This document shows positions 20,801 through 31,465 of a stretch of 64,000 nt of DNA, one piece after another; position 1 is the first letter of the stretch, and the number at the start of each line of letters is the position of its first letter. The position numbers and the translations under genes were made by a program. The notes under the pieces are model-generated. The model did not search any database and was not told the origin of the DNA. It worked only from the letters and a program-made list of their open reading frames with translations. Source of the DNA: Candidatus Enterenecus merdae (GTDB lineage: Bacteria > Bacillota > Clostridia > Oscillospirales > Oscillospiraceae); NCBI GenBank assembly GCA_018716385.1, contig DVJZ01000041.1, forward strand, positions 3,485 through 67,484, in the 5' to 3' direction.

Positions 20801-21013
20801 CTCGGACAGGCTGCCCACCGGGCCGGTGAAGCCCGTGTTCACAGTGCCGGGAATGGTCAGGCTCGACAGGTCAAACCAATAGGTGTTGCCCACCGTCAGC
20901 GTATTCCCTGTTCTGGCCTCTCCCTCTCCGCTGCCTCCCACAGCCTGGGCCGCGGGCAGCAGGCCGGCCGCCAGACTCAACGCCAGCACAAAGGCCAGCA
21001 ATCGTTTCTTCAT
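17885..21013 (-). pseudogene. SLH-anchored adhesin (CLec-like tip, InlB-B-like, cadherin-like, DUF5018-like, 3x SLH) interrupted by one in-frame TAG at 19196-19198
   Basis: Signal peptide MKKRLLAFVLALSLAAGLLPAAQA starts at 21013. The two ORF-track pieces are in the same frame: …NSGIV-TAG-DFTDSEANPILYTVWAQ…. The paralogous position in the 2721-aa protein reads GIVQDFT. The downstream part carries SLH repeats. Confidence 0.8.
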
Positions 21014-21174
21014 GGTTATATCCCCTTTCATAGGTCCTGCTCTGGTTCGCCTGCCTGATGGAAGCGATGTGCGTATCCCAACCATATATTGGGGTGGACA
21101 AGCCGACTCCCCTTCTGAGGACTGTCCGGCTCCCCATCTGGGCAGTCGTTTTTTGACGATTATCTTCGTTTTTT

Positions 21175-21221
21175 ATTTTAGCAGTATCCTCTCAATAAAA
21201 CAAGACGCTTTCTCAATAAAA
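21175..21221 (-). promoter_or_regulatory. Candidate promoter for the split adhesin, with two 10-bp direct repeats
   Basis: Minus strand TTGTTT-N17-TAAAAT. The sequence ctcaataaaa occurs at 21191 and 21212 (21-bp spacing). Confidence 0.45.
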
Positions 21222-21884
21222 TTCCTGCTATTCCTTCCTATTTGCACCTATCTTCCCTGTTTTTGTCTGATCAATCCCATATTATGGTTTTTGACCCATT
21301 CCCTTCTCCAGTCGGAAGTTCCAGAGACAAAGAGGATGATGTCGTTGGCACGATACTATTTCCCATGGCAACTGCATCGGGATCATCCATCCCAGTCAGC
21401 GCCAGCTCAAGGCTTTGGCAACACGCATGCTGTCCGCAGCCAGTACTACGGTGGGCAACGGATCTGGCACTTGTGCGTCGGCCAGGGGCAGAGCAAGCAG
21501 ACGATTTCCGAATGGGTTGCATCTCATATCGCTCATCACTCGCTCTCCTGATTGCTCTGTGGTCACAGACCCACCCCTGTCATCCTCCCCCATGGGGCGG
21601 CTCTATCGGCGGATGGGTTAAAAATTTCGATTTATTCGATTTAATTCTATCATCTGCGACCCAAGTATTTTACAAGTGATAATAAAAATTTCTCTGCGCA
21701 ACCACCTGGGGTCAGGGCAGTGGGGGCGGAGGTCCCCTTCCATCCACGCTGGGGAGCCCCCTTCCCCTACCGATTCCCCCATAGTGTGGTATAGTTCCAC
21801 ATAATCATCAACTATTCGAGCATATTTTATCCGCCAAAAAAGTACATAATCTTTCTATATTAGGACAAATAGAGGTGAGTAACT

Positions 21885-22274
21885 ATGGTTGACGTGGGCA
21901 GTAAAATCAAAGCATTGCAAATGTCCCAAAAGATTACGCAGCATGAGTTCGCACTCAGGCTTGGCGTGACCAAATCAGCCATATCTTCCTATGAAAACGG
22001 AAGCCGCCTGCCATCCTACCACATTCTCATCAAAATCTCTCATATTTTCAAAGCCAGCATCGATGACCTCCTCAGCAGTGCCGATAAAAAGGCCCAAACC
22101 TTGAGCGTATCCGGTTTAACGGATTGGCAAATTGCCGCTGTGAAAAGCGCAATCGACACTTATCGGACTTGGAATGCAATACGGGGCCAAGTGCCGGAAA
22201 ACATGCAAAAACTTCTCGATGAGTTTGTTGAAACGGGGGCTTTGAAGGACAAACCTGTGACGTTTGAAGAATAA
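21885..22274 (+). CDS. XRE-family helix-turn-helix regulator
   Basis: VGSKIKALQMSQKITQHEFALRLGVTKSAISSYENGSRLP is a typical HTH_3. RBS GAGGTGA. Confidence 0.85.
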   Translation: MVDVGSKIKALQMSQKITQHEFALRLGVTKSAISSYENGSRLPSYHILIKISHIFKASIDDLLSSADKKAQTLSVSGLTDWQIAAVKSAIDTYRTWNAIRGQVPENMQKLLDEFVETGALKDKPVTFEE

Positions 22275-22282
22275 GAATAGGG

Positions 22283-22324
22283 AAGCTCCCATGCCAGCGG
22301 TGTCGCTTGGCATGGGAGCTTTTT
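22283..22324 (+). terminator. Terminator after the XRE gene
   Basis: Stem aagctcccatgcca / tggcatgggagctt followed by a T tract. Confidence 0.7.
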
Positions 22325-22495
22325 CTTGTTCGGGCTGTGCCTTTCCCCTGGAAATAACACCATTCCATCCGGCCAGCATGCCCATCGGGTCAATGGCCTG
22401 AGGAACCCCCGGTAGAACTGGGACCGCATATGACCATCCCGGCATACGCACTCCTGCCCGTTTCTGCAATTTTTACCTATCCTTTCAGATCCCGG

Positions 22496-23977
22496 TTAGG
22501 TCAGGTTGGTGTATCCCATCAGGTATTCATCCACCTCCCGGGCCACCCCACGGCCCTCGGCGATGCCCCACACCACCAGGGACTGGCCCCGGCGCATATC
22601 GCCGGCGGCAAATACCTTTTCCACCCCGGTAGCGTAGCCCCCAGAAGCGGTGGCCACATTGGAGCGTCCGTCCCGCTCCAGGCCAAACGCGTCAGGCACA
22701 TAGTCCTCGGGGCCCAGGAAGCCCGCAGCGATGAGCAGCAGTTGGCAGGGCAGCTCCTCCTCTGAACCAGGCACCTCCACCATGGACACACGCCCCCCCT
22801 CCTGCTTGGGCTCCAACCGCACCGCTACCACCGAGCGCAGGTTGCCCTCCTCATCCGCCCGGCACTCCTTCAGGGTCATCTGGTACCGGCGGGGATCCCG
22901 GCCAAACACCGCAATGGCCTCCTCCTGACCATAGTCGGTCTTGCACACCCGGGGCCATTGGGGCCATGGATTGTCCTCACTCCGGCTGTCTGGGGCCTTT
23001 GGCATCATCTCAATCTGCACCACCGAGCGGCAGCCATGACGGATGCAGGTGCCCACGCAGTCGTTGCCCGTGTCCCCGCCGCCCACGATGATCACGTCCT
23101 TGCCCGCCGCATCCAGATAGCTGCCCTCGGCCAAGCCGCTGTCCAGCAGCGATTTGGTGGTGGATGCAAGGAAATCTACCGCAAAGTAAATTCCCTTCAC
23201 ATCTTTTCCAGGTACAGTGAGATCCCTGGCTTTCTTCGCCCCACAGGCCAGGATCACTGCATCGTACTCCTCCAGCAACTCGGCGGCGGACACATCGACG
23301 CCCACATCGCAGCCGGTGCGGAACTCCACCCCCTCCGCCGCCATCAGATCAGCCCGGCGCTGGACGATCTGCTTCTCCAGCTTCATGTTGGGGATGCCAT
23401 ACATCAGCAGTCCCCCGATCCGGTCGTCCCGCTCGTACACGGTGACCAGGTGGCCCCGGCGATTGAGCTGGTCGGCGGCGGCCAGCCCCGCCGGGCCAGA
23501 CCCCACCACCGCCACCCGCTTGCCGGTGCGCACCCTGGGCGGGTGGGGACCCATCCCCCCGGAGGCAAATCCCTCCTCGGCGATGGCCAGCTCGTTCTCC
23601 TTGATGCTCACCGGATCCCCGTTGAGCCCACAGGTGCAGGCCGCTTCGCACAGGGCAGGGCACACCCGACCGGTGAACTCAGGGAAGTTGTTGGTCTTGT
23701 GCATCCGTTTCAGGGCGTGGCCCATGTTGCCCTGGTACACCAGGTCGTTCCACTCGGGGATCAGGTTGTGCAGCGGGCAGCCAGTATACATCCCGGCCAA
23801 CTGCACCCCGGACTGGCAGAAGGGCACGCCGCACTCCATGCACCGCGCCCCCTGGCGCTGGCGCTCCTGCTCGGGCAGCATGGGGTGGAACTCGTTCCAA
23901 TGCCGGATGCGCTCCTCCGGGCTTTGTGCCGGGTTGACCCGGCGCTCATATTCCAAAAATCCTGTGGGCTTTCCCAT
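22496..23977 (-). CDS. gltD: Glutamate synthase small subunit
   Basis: N-terminus [10 protein letters not shown], Fe-S motif [10 protein letters not shown]...[11 protein letters not shown], and [10 protein letters not shown] and GGGDTGNDC motifs. Confidence 0.97.
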   Translation of the reverse strand: MGKPTGFLEYERRVNPAQSPEERIRHWNEFHPMLPEQERQRQGARCMECGVPFCQSGVQLAGMYTGCPLHNLIPEWNDLVYQGNMGHALKRMHKTNNFPEFTGRVCPALCEAACTCGLNGDPVSIKENELAIAEEGFASGGMGPHPPRVRTGKRVAVVGSGPAGLAAADQLNRRGHLVTVYERDDRIGGLLMYGIPNMKLEKQIVQRRADLMAAEGVEFRTGCDVGVDVSAAELLEEYDAVILACGAKKARDLTVPGKDVKGIYFAVDFLASTTKSLLDSGLAEGSYLDAAGKDVIIVGGGDTGNDCVGTCIRHGCRSVVQIEMMPKAPDSRSEDNPWPQWPRVCKTDYGQEEAIAVFGRDPRRYQMTLKECRADEEGNLRSVVAVRLEPKQEGGRVSMVEVPGSEEELPCQLLLIAAGFLGPEDYVPDAFGLERDGRSNVATASGGYATGVEKVFAAGDMRRGQSLVVWGIAEGRGVAREVDEYLMGYTNLT

Positions 23978-26900
23978 CAGCGCTTCCCTCCCGTCACCGC
24001 GTAAAAGGCCTCCACTTCCGCCTGCTCCCGCTCCAGGCCACGCTGCTCACACTGGGCGATGGCCTTTAGGATCCGGTCATAGTCCCGGGGCAGGATCTTC
24101 TTGAAGTTGGCTGCCGCCCCCTCAAAGTCGGCCAGGATCTCCCGGCCCTTGGCCGAGCCGGTGGCGGCCACGTGCTCCTCAATCATCCGGCGCAGCTCGT
24201 CCAGGTCGTGGCCGTCTGTGACCAGCTCGATACTCACCAGCTCCTTGTTCACCCGCAGGTACAGGTCCCGCCGGGGGTCCCACACATAGGCGATGCCCCC
24301 CGACATGCCCGCGGCGAAATTCTTGCCGGTGTTCCCCAACACCGCCACCCGTCCGCCAGTCATATACTCGCAGCCGTGGTCGCCCACGCCCTCCACCACC
24401 GCCCAGGCGCCGGAGTTGCGCACGGCAAACCGCTCCCCGGCCACGCCGGCGATGAAGGCCTTGCCGGAGGTGGCCCCGTACAGGGCCACGTTGCCGATGA
24501 TGATGTTCTCATCCGCCTTGAACTTGGCCGTCTTGGGAGGATAGACCACCAGCTTGCCCCCCGACAGGCCCTTGCCGAAGTAGTCGTTGGAGTCCCCCTC
24601 CAGCTCCAGGGTCAGCCCCTTGGGGATGAAAGCCCCAAAGGACTGCCCGCCCCCGCCGGTGCAGTGGACCACAAAGGTGTCCTCCTCCAGCCCTGCCTCC
24701 CCATGCAGCCGGGTGATGTCCGAGCCAAAGATGGTGCCCACGGTGCGGTCGGTGGACGTGACGGGGAGGGACAGGGCCTTCTTCTGCCCCCGCTTCAGGG
24801 CGGAGCCCAGCTTGGCCTCCAGCACCGACAGGTCCACCGTCCGTTCCAACTGGAAGTCGTATGCGTCCGCCGGGTCGAAATGGGTCTTATAGCCCTCCCC
24901 CACGTAGGGGTTGCCCAGGATGGCGGACAAATCCACCGTGGCCGCCCGGGCATTCACCGCCCGCTCCCGGGGGGCCAGCAGGTCGGTGCGGCCCACCAGT
25001 TCCTCCACCGTGCGCACCCCCAGCTTGGCCATGTGCTCCCGCAGCTCCTGGGCGATGAAGCGCATGAAGTTGACCACATACTCCGGCTTGCCCCGGAAGC
25101 GTTTGCGCAGCTCCGGGTTTTGGGTGGCCACCCCCACGGGGCAGGTGTCCAGGTTGCACACCCGCATCATCACGCACCCCATGGCCACCAGGGGTGCGGT
25201 GGCAAAGCCAAACTCCTCCGCCCCCAGCATACAGGCGATGGCCACGTCCCGTCCGCTCATGAGCTTGCCGTCGGTCTCCACCACCACCCGGGAGCGCAGT
25301 CCGTTCTGGATCAGGGTCTGGTGGGTCTCCGCCAGTCCCAGCTCCCAGGGCAGCCCGGCGTTGTGGATGGAGGTGCGGGGGGCCGCGCCGGTGCCCCCGT
25401 CGTACCCCGAGATGAGCACCACCTGAGCCCCCGCCTTGGCCACGCCGGCGGCGATGGTGCCCACCCCCGCCTCGCTGACCAGCTTGACGGAGATGCGGGC
25501 CTGCCGATTGGCGTTCTTCAGGTCGTAGATCAGCTGGGCCAGGTCCTCGATGGAGTAGATGTCATGGTGGGGCGGCGGGGAGATGAGAGACACCCCTGGC
25601 GTGGAATAGCGGGTCTTGGCGATCCAGGGATAGACCTTCCGACCGGGCAGGTGGCCCCCCTCGCCCGGCTTGGCCCCCTGGGCCATCTTGATCTGGATCT
25701 CCTGGGCGGAGACCAGGTACTGGCTGGTCACCCCAAACCGGCCGGAGGCCACCTGTTTGATGGCCGAGCAGCGCTCCGACGCCAGCCGCTCGGGCCGCTC
25801 GCCCCCCTCCCCCGAGTTGGACTTGCCCCCCAGCTGGTTCATGGCCAAGGCCATGCACTCGTGGGCCTCCTGGGAGATGGAACCATAGCTCATTGCCCCT
25901 GTCTTAAAGCGCTTGACGATGGAGTCCACGCTCTCCACCTCGTCCAGGGGGATAGGCTGATCCAGGTACTTCATCTCCATCAGACCCCGCAGGGTGTGGG
26001 GCTTGGTCTCGTCGTCCACCAGGGCGGAGTACTGCTTGAAGGTGGCGTAGTCCCCCGTCCGGGTGGCCTGCTGGAGCAGGTGGATGGTCTGGGGGTTGTA
26101 CATGTGGTCCTCCTGGCCGCTGCGGGCCTTGTGGGCGCCGGTGGAATCCAGCGTGGCGTCCACCTCCAGCCCCAGTGGGTCAAAGGCCCGGGTATGGTTT
26201 TTGTCCACCAGGGCCTCGATCTCCGCCAGGCCCACACCCCCTACCCGGGAGACGGTTCCGGTGAAGTACTGGTCGATGACCGGCTTGGAGATACCGATGG
26301 CCTCAAAGATCCGGGCTGACTGGTAGGACTGGAGGGTGGAGATGCCCATCTTGGAGGCAATCTTCACGATGCCGTGGAGGATGGCGTTGTCGTAGTCGTC
26401 CACCGCCGCGCCAAAGTCCTTGTCCAGCAGCCCCTCGTCGATGAGCTGCCGGATGGTCTCCTGCGCCAGGTAGGGGTTGATGGCCCGGGCCCCGTAGCCC
26501 AGCAGGGTGGCAAAGTGGTGCACATCCCGTGGCTCGGCCGACTCCAGGATGACGGACACCGCCGTGCGCTTCTTGGTGCGCACCAGGTGCTGCTCCAGGG
26601 CGGACACCGCCAGCAGGGACGGGATGGCCACGTGGTTTTCGTCCACCCCCCGGTCGGACAGGATCAGGATGTTGGCCCCGTTTCGGTAGGCCCGGTCGGC
26701 GGCCACCATCAGCTGGTCCAGCGCCCGCTTCAGCGGGGTATTTTTGAAGTAGAGCAGGGACACCGTCTCCACCTGGAAGCCCGGCTGGTCCATGTCCCGG
26801 ATCTTCATCAGGTCCAGCGAGGTGAGGATGGGGTTGTGCACCTGGAGCACCCGGCAGTTGTCCGCCGTCTCCTCCAGCAGGTTGCCGTCGTCTCCCACAT

Positions 26901-28515
26901 AGACGGTGGTGTCGGTGACCACCTCCTCCCGGATGGCGTCGATGGGGGGATTGGTCACCTGGGCAAAGAGCTGCTTGAAATAGTTAAACAGGGGCTGGTC
27001 ATGGTCGGACAGCACCGCCAGGGGGATGTCGATGCCCATGGCGGCGGTGGACTCCGCTCCGGTGCGGGCCATGGGAAGGATGGAGCCCATCACATCCTCA
27101 TAGGTGTATCCAAAAGCCTTTTGCACCTGGGCCCGGCGCTGGGTGGAATACAGCTCCACCTTCCGGTTGGGGATGGGCAAGTCCCGCAGCCGGATCAGGT
27201 TCCGGTCCAGCCACTCCCCGTAGGGGTTGCGGGCGGCGTAGCCCTGCTTGAGCTGCTCGTCGTCGATCACCCGCCCGGCCAGCGTGTCCACCAGCAGCAT
27301 CTTGCCCGGCTCCAGTCGGGACTTCTTCACGATGCGGGCCGGGTCGATGTCCAGCACCCCCACCTCGGAGGACAGGATGAGCTGGTCCTCGTCGGTGATA
27401 TAGTAGCGGGAGGGGCGCAGGCCGTTGCGGTCCAGCACTGCCCCCACCTGCTCCCCATCGGAAAACAGGATGGAGGCCGGCCCGTCCCAGGGTTCCATCA
27501 TGGCGGCAAAATACTGATACATGTCCCGCTTGTCCCGGGACAGGTTGGCGTTGTTCATCCAGGGCTCCGGGATGCAGATCATCACCGCCAGGGGCAGCTC
27601 CATCCCGCTCATCACCAGGAACTCCAGGGTATTGTCCAGCATGGCCGAGTCCGACCCGGCCGCGTTGATCACAGGGAAGACCTTGTCGATGTCCCGGTCC
27701 CACACGGGGCTGTGCATGGTCTCCTCCCGAGCCAGCATCCGGTCGGCGTTGCCCCGGATGGTGTTGATCTCCCCGTTGTGGAGGATCAGCCGGTTGGGGT
27801 GGGCCCGCTCCCAGGAGGGGTTGGTGTTGGTGGAGAAGCGGGAGTGAACCAGGGCGATGGCCGACTGGTAGTCCTCGTCCTGCAGGTCCTGGTAGAACAG
27901 CCGCAGCTGATCCACCAGGAACATCCCCTTGTAGACGATGGTCCGGCTGGACAGGGAGGGCACATAGGTGTTGTCGTTGGACTGCTCAAACTCCCGGCGG
28001 GCAATATACAGCTTTCGGTCAAACTCCAGCCCTCTGGCCGCCTGCTCGGGCCGGCGCACGAAGGCCTGCTCGATCCGGGGCATCTTGTCCAGCGCCTTCT
28101 GCCCCAGCACCTGGGGGCACACCGGCACCTGCCGCCAGCCGATGAACTCCATGCCTTCCTTCTCCACGATCAGCTCGAACATCTTCTTGGCCTGATTGCG
28201 GCGCAGGTTCTCCTGAGGAAAGAAGAACATCCCCACGCCGTAGTCCCGCTCCTCCCCCAGCTGGAAGCCGCACTGGGCCGCCGCCTTGGTGAAGAAGCGG
28301 TGGGAGATCTGCAGCAGAATGCCCACCCCGTCTCCCGTCTTGCCTTGGGCGTCCTTGCCGGCCCGGTGCTCCAGCTTTTCCACAATCTTCAGCGCGTTGT
28401 CCACTGTCTGATGGCTCTTGCGCCCCCGGATATCCACAACGGCGCCGATGCCGCAGTTGTCGTGCTCAAAGGCGGGGCTGTACAGCGGCCCCATCACCTG
28501 CTGATGCTGCTTCAT
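23977..28515 (-). CDS. gltB: Glutamate synthase large subunit
   Basis: EHDNCGIG (Ntn Cys), HSRFSTNT, MAQGAKPGEGG, and CVMMRVCNLDTC motifs. Start reassigned to MKQHQQ at 28515, downstream of RBS GGAGAAGGTG. Confidence 0.97.
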   Translation of the reverse strand: MKQHQQVMGPLYSPAFEHDNCGIGAVVDIRGRKSHQTVDNALKIVEKLEHRAGKDAQGKTGDGVGILLQISHRFFTKAAAQCGFQLGEERDYGVGMFFFPQENLRRNQAKKMFELIVEKEGMEFIGWRQVPVCPQVLGQKALDKMPRIEQAFVRRPEQAARGLEFDRKLYIARREFEQSNDNTYVPSLSSRTIVYKGMFLVDQLRLFYQDLQDEDYQSAIALVHSRFSTNTNPSWERAHPNRLILHNGEINTIRGNADRMLAREETMHSPVWDRDIDKVFPVINAAGSDSAMLDNTLEFLVMSGMELPLAVMICIPEPWMNNANLSRDKRDMYQYFAAMMEPWDGPASILFSDGEQVGAVLDRNGLRPSRYYITDEDQLILSSEVGVLDIDPARIVKKSRLEPGKMLLVDTLAGRVIDDEQLKQGYAARNPYGEWLDRNLIRLRDLPIPNRKVELYSTQRRAQVQKAFGYTYEDVMGSILPMARTGAESTAAMGIDIPLAVLSDHDQPLFNYFKQLFAQVTNPPIDAIREEVVTDTTVYVGDDGNLLEETADNCRVLQVHNPILTSLDLMKIRDMDQPGFQVETVSLLYFKNTPLKRALDQLMVAADRAYRNGANILILSDRGVDENHVAIPSLLAVSALEQHLVRTKKRTAVSVILESAEPRDVHHFATLLGYGARAINPYLAQETIRQLIDEGLLDKDFGAAVDDYDNAILHGIVKIASKMGISTLQSYQSARIFEAIGISKPVIDQYFTGTVSRVGGVGLAEIEALVDKNHTRAFDPLGLEVDATLDSTGAHKARSGQEDHMYNPQTIHLLQQATRTGDYATFKQYSALVDDETKPHTLRGLMEMKYLDQPIPLDEVESVDSIVKRFKTGAMSYGSISQEAHECMALAMNQLGGKSNSGEGGERPERLASERCSAIKQVASGRFGVTSQYLVSAQEIQIKMAQGAKPGEGGHLPGRKVYPWIAKTRYSTPGVSLISPPPHHDIYSIEDLAQLIYDLKNANRQARISVKLVSEAGVGTIAAGVAKAGAQVVLISGYDGGTGAAPRTSIHNAGLPWELGLAETHQTLIQNGLRSRVVVETDGKLMSGRDVAIACMLGAEEFGFATAPLVAMGCVMMRVCNLDTCPVGVATQNPELRKRFRGKPEYVVNFMRFIAQELREHMAKLGVRTVEELVGRTDLLAPRERAVNARAATVDLSAILGNPYVGEGYKTHFDPADAYDFQLERTVDLSVLEAKLGSALKRGQKKALSLPVTSTDRTVGTIFGSDITRLHGEAGLEEDTFVVHCTGGGGQSFGAFIPKGLTLELEGDSNDYFGKGLSGGKLVVYPPKTAKFKADENIIIGNVALYGATSGKAFIAGVAGERFAVRNSGAWAVVEGVGDHGCEYMTGGRVAVLGNTGKNFAAGMSGGIAYVWDPRRDLYLRVNKELVSIELVTDGHDLDELRRMIEEHVAATGSAKGREILADFEGAAANFKKILPRDYDRILKAIAQCEQRGLEREQAEVEAFYAVTGGKR

Positions 28516-28639
28516 AGCTTCACCTTCTCCTCCATGTCGATCTGTCCCTCTGAGGGGACGGAAAAACCGGCCCGGGGGAGCCGGCCGGGCGTGCCCGGCC
28601 AGCCCTGCCCCCCATTGGGCCGGTCTGCTGTGTAAAACG

Positions 28640-29860
28640 TTATCCCAACACCGATTGGATGCGCTCCACCGCCTGGGCCGCCTGTTCGGCCTGGCCGAAG
28701 GCGGTGATGCGGATATAGCCCTCCCCGCTTGGGCCAAAGCCCACCCCGGGCGTGGTGACCACATGGGCCTGGCGCAGCAGCAAATCGAAGAAGTCCCAGG
28801 AACCCATGCCCTCCGGGGTCTTGATCCAAAGGTAGGGGGCGTTGACCCCCCCGGACACCGCCAGGCCTGCCTGGCCCAGCCCCTCCCGGAGCAGCTGGGC
28901 GTTGCGCTGGTAGTAGGCGATGGTCTGCCGCACCTGGGCCTGCCCCTCGGGGGTATAGACCGCCTCAGCGCCCCGCTGCACCACATAGGGCACGCCGTTG
29001 AACTTGGTGGTCTGCCGCCGGTTCCACAGCCCGTTCAGCCCCACCCCCTCCCGCTCCAGCTGGCGGGGCACCACCGTGTAAGCGCACCGGTTGCCGGTGA
29101 AGCCCGCCGTCTTGGAGAAAGAGCGGAACTCGATGGCGCAGGTGCGCGCCCCCTCGATCTCAAAGATACTGTGGGGCAGTTCGGGCTGGCTGATGAACGC
29201 CTCGTAGGCCGAGTCGTACAGCAGCACGCTGCCCCGCTCGTTGGCCCAGTCCACCCAGGCTTTCAACTGCTCCCGGGTGGCCATGGCCCCAGTGGGGTTG
29301 TTGGGAAAGCACAGGTAGACCATGTCCGCCCGCCCCTTTGGCAGCTCTGGGACGAATCCGGTCTGCTGGGTGCAGGGCAGATAGACCAGCCGGTCCCACC
29401 GGCCGGTCTGGGGATCGTAATGGCCTGCCCGGCCCGCCATGGCGTTGGAGTCCACATACACCGGGTAGACCGGGTCGCACACGGCCACGATGTTGTCCGG
29501 GCCGAAGAGGTCCCCGATGTTACCGCAGTCGCTCTTAGCCCCGTCGGAGACAAAGATCTCCTCCGGATCTATCTCCACCCCCCGGGCCTGGTAGTCGTGC
29601 CGGGCGATGGCCTGGCGCAGGAAATCGTATCCTTGCTCCGGCCCATAGCCCCGAAAGCCCTCCTGCGTGCCCATCTCAGCCACCGCGCGGGTCATGGCCT
29701 GAGTCACCGCCGGCGCCAGGGGCTGGGTCACGTCCCCGATGCCCAGCCGGATCAGCTCAGCCCCCGGGTTCTCCTGGCTGTATGCGCTCACCCGCCGCCC
29801 GATCTCAGAGAACAGATAGCTGCCGGGCAGACGGCAAAAATTTTGATTGATCTGGGTCAT
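28640..29860 (-). CDS. dapL: LL-diaminopimelate aminotransferase
   Basis: [38 protein letters not shown], and [13 protein letters not shown] motifs. Start MTQINQ at 29860. Confidence 0.93.
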   Translation of the reverse strand: MTQINQNFCRLPGSYLFSEIGRRVSAYSQENPGAELIRLGIGDVTQPLAPAVTQAMTRAVAEMGTQEGFRGYGPEQGYDFLRQAIARHDYQARGVEIDPEEIFVSDGAKSDCGNIGDLFGPDNIVAVCDPVYPVYVDSNAMAGRAGHYDPQTGRWDRLVYLPCTQQTGFVPELPKGRADMVYLCFPNNPTGAMATREQLKAWVDWANERGSVLLYDSAYEAFISQPELPHSIFEIEGARTCAIEFRSFSKTAGFTGNRCAYTVVPRQLEREGVGLNGLWNRRQTTKFNGVPYVVQRGAEAVYTPEGQAQVRQTIAYYQRNAQLLREGLGQAGLAVSGGVNAPYLWIKTPEGMGSWDFFDLLLRQAHVVTTPGVGFGPSGEGYIRITAFGQAEQAAQAVERIQSVLG

Positions 29861-29951
29861 GAACACCCCTCCCGGTGACGCTCCCCACGCCCCGGCAGGC
29901 CCGGCCCACCGGCCAGCCCCCCGCTGCGCGCAGGGAAAAATATGCGGTTCT

Positions 29952-29980
29952 ATTTTACAGGAAAGCCCAGAGCGGGTCAA
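29952..29980 (-). promoter_or_regulatory. Internal sigma-A promoter for dapL (and possibly gltBD)
   Basis: Minus strand TTGACC-N17-TAAAAT, overlapping the dapF stop codon. Confidence 0.6.
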
Positions 29981-30771
29981 TCGGCAATCTGCCCATCATA
30001 CACCGTCACCGTAGGCCCAGTCATGTACATATGTCCATCGCTCAGCGACCACTGGATGGACAGCTCCCCGCCTGGCAGCCGCACTTGCGCCTGCCGGGCC
30101 AGACGGCCGGCCGCCATCATGGCCGCCGATGCCGCGCAGGCTCCGCTGCCGCAGGCCATGGTCTCCCCGCTGCCCCGTTCCCATACCCGCATCTCCAGCA
30201 GATCCGGCCGCCTGACCCGGACAAACTCCACATTGACTCCCCCCGGGAACCGGGCCAACCCCTCCAGCTCCGACCCCAGACGTCTCAGCTCCAGCCCGTC
30301 CAAGTCCTCTGCCTGGAGCACAAAGTGGGGGTTGCCCATGGACACGGGCACGCCGGTCACCGGTCCGTCCGCCAGCTCCACCCGGAGGGGCGCACCCACC
30401 CGGGGCGGACCCATATCCACCGTTGCCCCCCACACCTGGCCGCCCCGCAGGCGCAGACGCACCGTCCGCACCCCAGACAGGGTCTCCACCCGCAGGAGGG
30501 TGCGGCGGGTCAGCCCCTTGTCGTACACATACTTGCCCAGGCAGCGCAGGCCGTTGCCGCACATCGCCCCCTCCGACCCGTCCGCGTTGAACATCCGCAT
30601 CTGGAAGTCCCCCTTGGTTGACGGGCACACACAGATCAGCCCGTCCCCGCCCACACCGAAGTGCCGGTGAGACAGCCGCCGGGACAACGCCTCCGGGTCC
30701 TCCGGCATTGCGTCCATACAGTTGAGGTAGATGTAGTCGTTCCCAGTCCCGTGCATCTTGGTGAATTCCAT
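29977..30771 (-). CDS. dapF: Diaminopimelate epimerase
   Basis: [27 protein letters not shown], and [17 protein letters not shown] motifs. Confidence 0.95.
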   Translation of the reverse strand: MEFTKMHGTGNDYIYLNCMDAMPEDPEALSRRLSHRHFGVGGDGLICVCPSTKGDFQMRMFNADGSEGAMCGNGLRCLGKYVYDKGLTRRTLLRVETLSGVRTVRLRLRGGQVWGATVDMGPPRVGAPLRVELADGPVTGVPVSMGNPHFVLQAEDLDGLELRRLGSELEGLARFPGGVNVEFVRVRRPDLLEMRVWERGSGETMACGSGACAASAAMMAAGRLARQAQVRLPGGELSIQWSLSDGHMYMTGPTVTVYDGQIAD

Positions 30772-30866
30772 CCTCATGCCTCCTGTTCCGGCCCGCGGGC
30801 CCGTTTTCGCGCAAAGGGGCGGCAGCCAGCCGCTGCCGCCCCTTCTCTTTGGTTCTACCGCCCCGC

Positions 30867-31409
30867 TCACTCATCCTCCGACAGCACCATCCGAGCCGTG
30901 TCGGTGAGCTTGGCTCCGTGGTCCATGCTCTGCTTTTGCAGAAAGCGGTGGGCCTGCTCCTCCGTCATGTCATGGCGGTCCATGAGCACCGCCTTGGCCT
31001 GCTCCACCAGCGCCTGCTGCTCCTGGCTGCGGGGTACGGATCCCCCCTGGTCCGCTCCCCTCCGCTGCCGGAATTGCAGCAACATCCGCACCGAGGCCAG
31101 CAGGTCCCCCCGGCTCACCGGGGCGTACAGCTTGAAGATGCCCTGTGTCTGGCACAGCTCCAGCTGACTCTGGGGGCCGATCATCAGCATGGAACAGTAT
31201 CCGGGCAGGTCCTGGAAGAGCTGCTCGCAGGACTCCTCCCGCAGCTTGAAGCCGCAGATGACGGTATCCAGCCGGTGCTTGTTCACCGCCCGGCGGACCT
31301 GGGCGGCGCTGCGGCACACCACGCAGCCGGCCACCCCTGCCCCTTCCACCGCCTCTTGCACCTTAGCGCTGTTCAGTTCGTTTTCAAAGGCCACAATGAC
31401 CTTGCGCAC
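30867..31409 (-). CDS. ANTAR-domain RNA-binding regulator with a degenerate receiver domain (NitR-like)
   Basis: The C-terminal ANTAR reads LVEQAKAVLMDRHDMTEEQAHRFLQKQSM. The N-terminal REC-like fold lacks the phospho-Asp (DTVICG). The gene lies directly downstream of glnA. Confidence 0.85.
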   Translation of the reverse strand: MRKVIVAFENELNSAKVQEAVEGAGVAGCVVCRSAAQVRRAVNKHRLDTVICGFKLREESCEQLFQDLPGYCSMLMIGPQSQLELCQTQGIFKLYAPVSRGDLLASVRMLLQFRQRRGADQGGSVPRSQEQQALVEQAKAVLMDRHDMTEEQAHRFLQKQSMDHGAKLTDTARMVLSEDE

Positions 31410-31465
31410 GTCCACCCCTCCCCCCGCGCGTTCCCACCTGGATCTGCAAGGAGCAGCGCGCTTCT

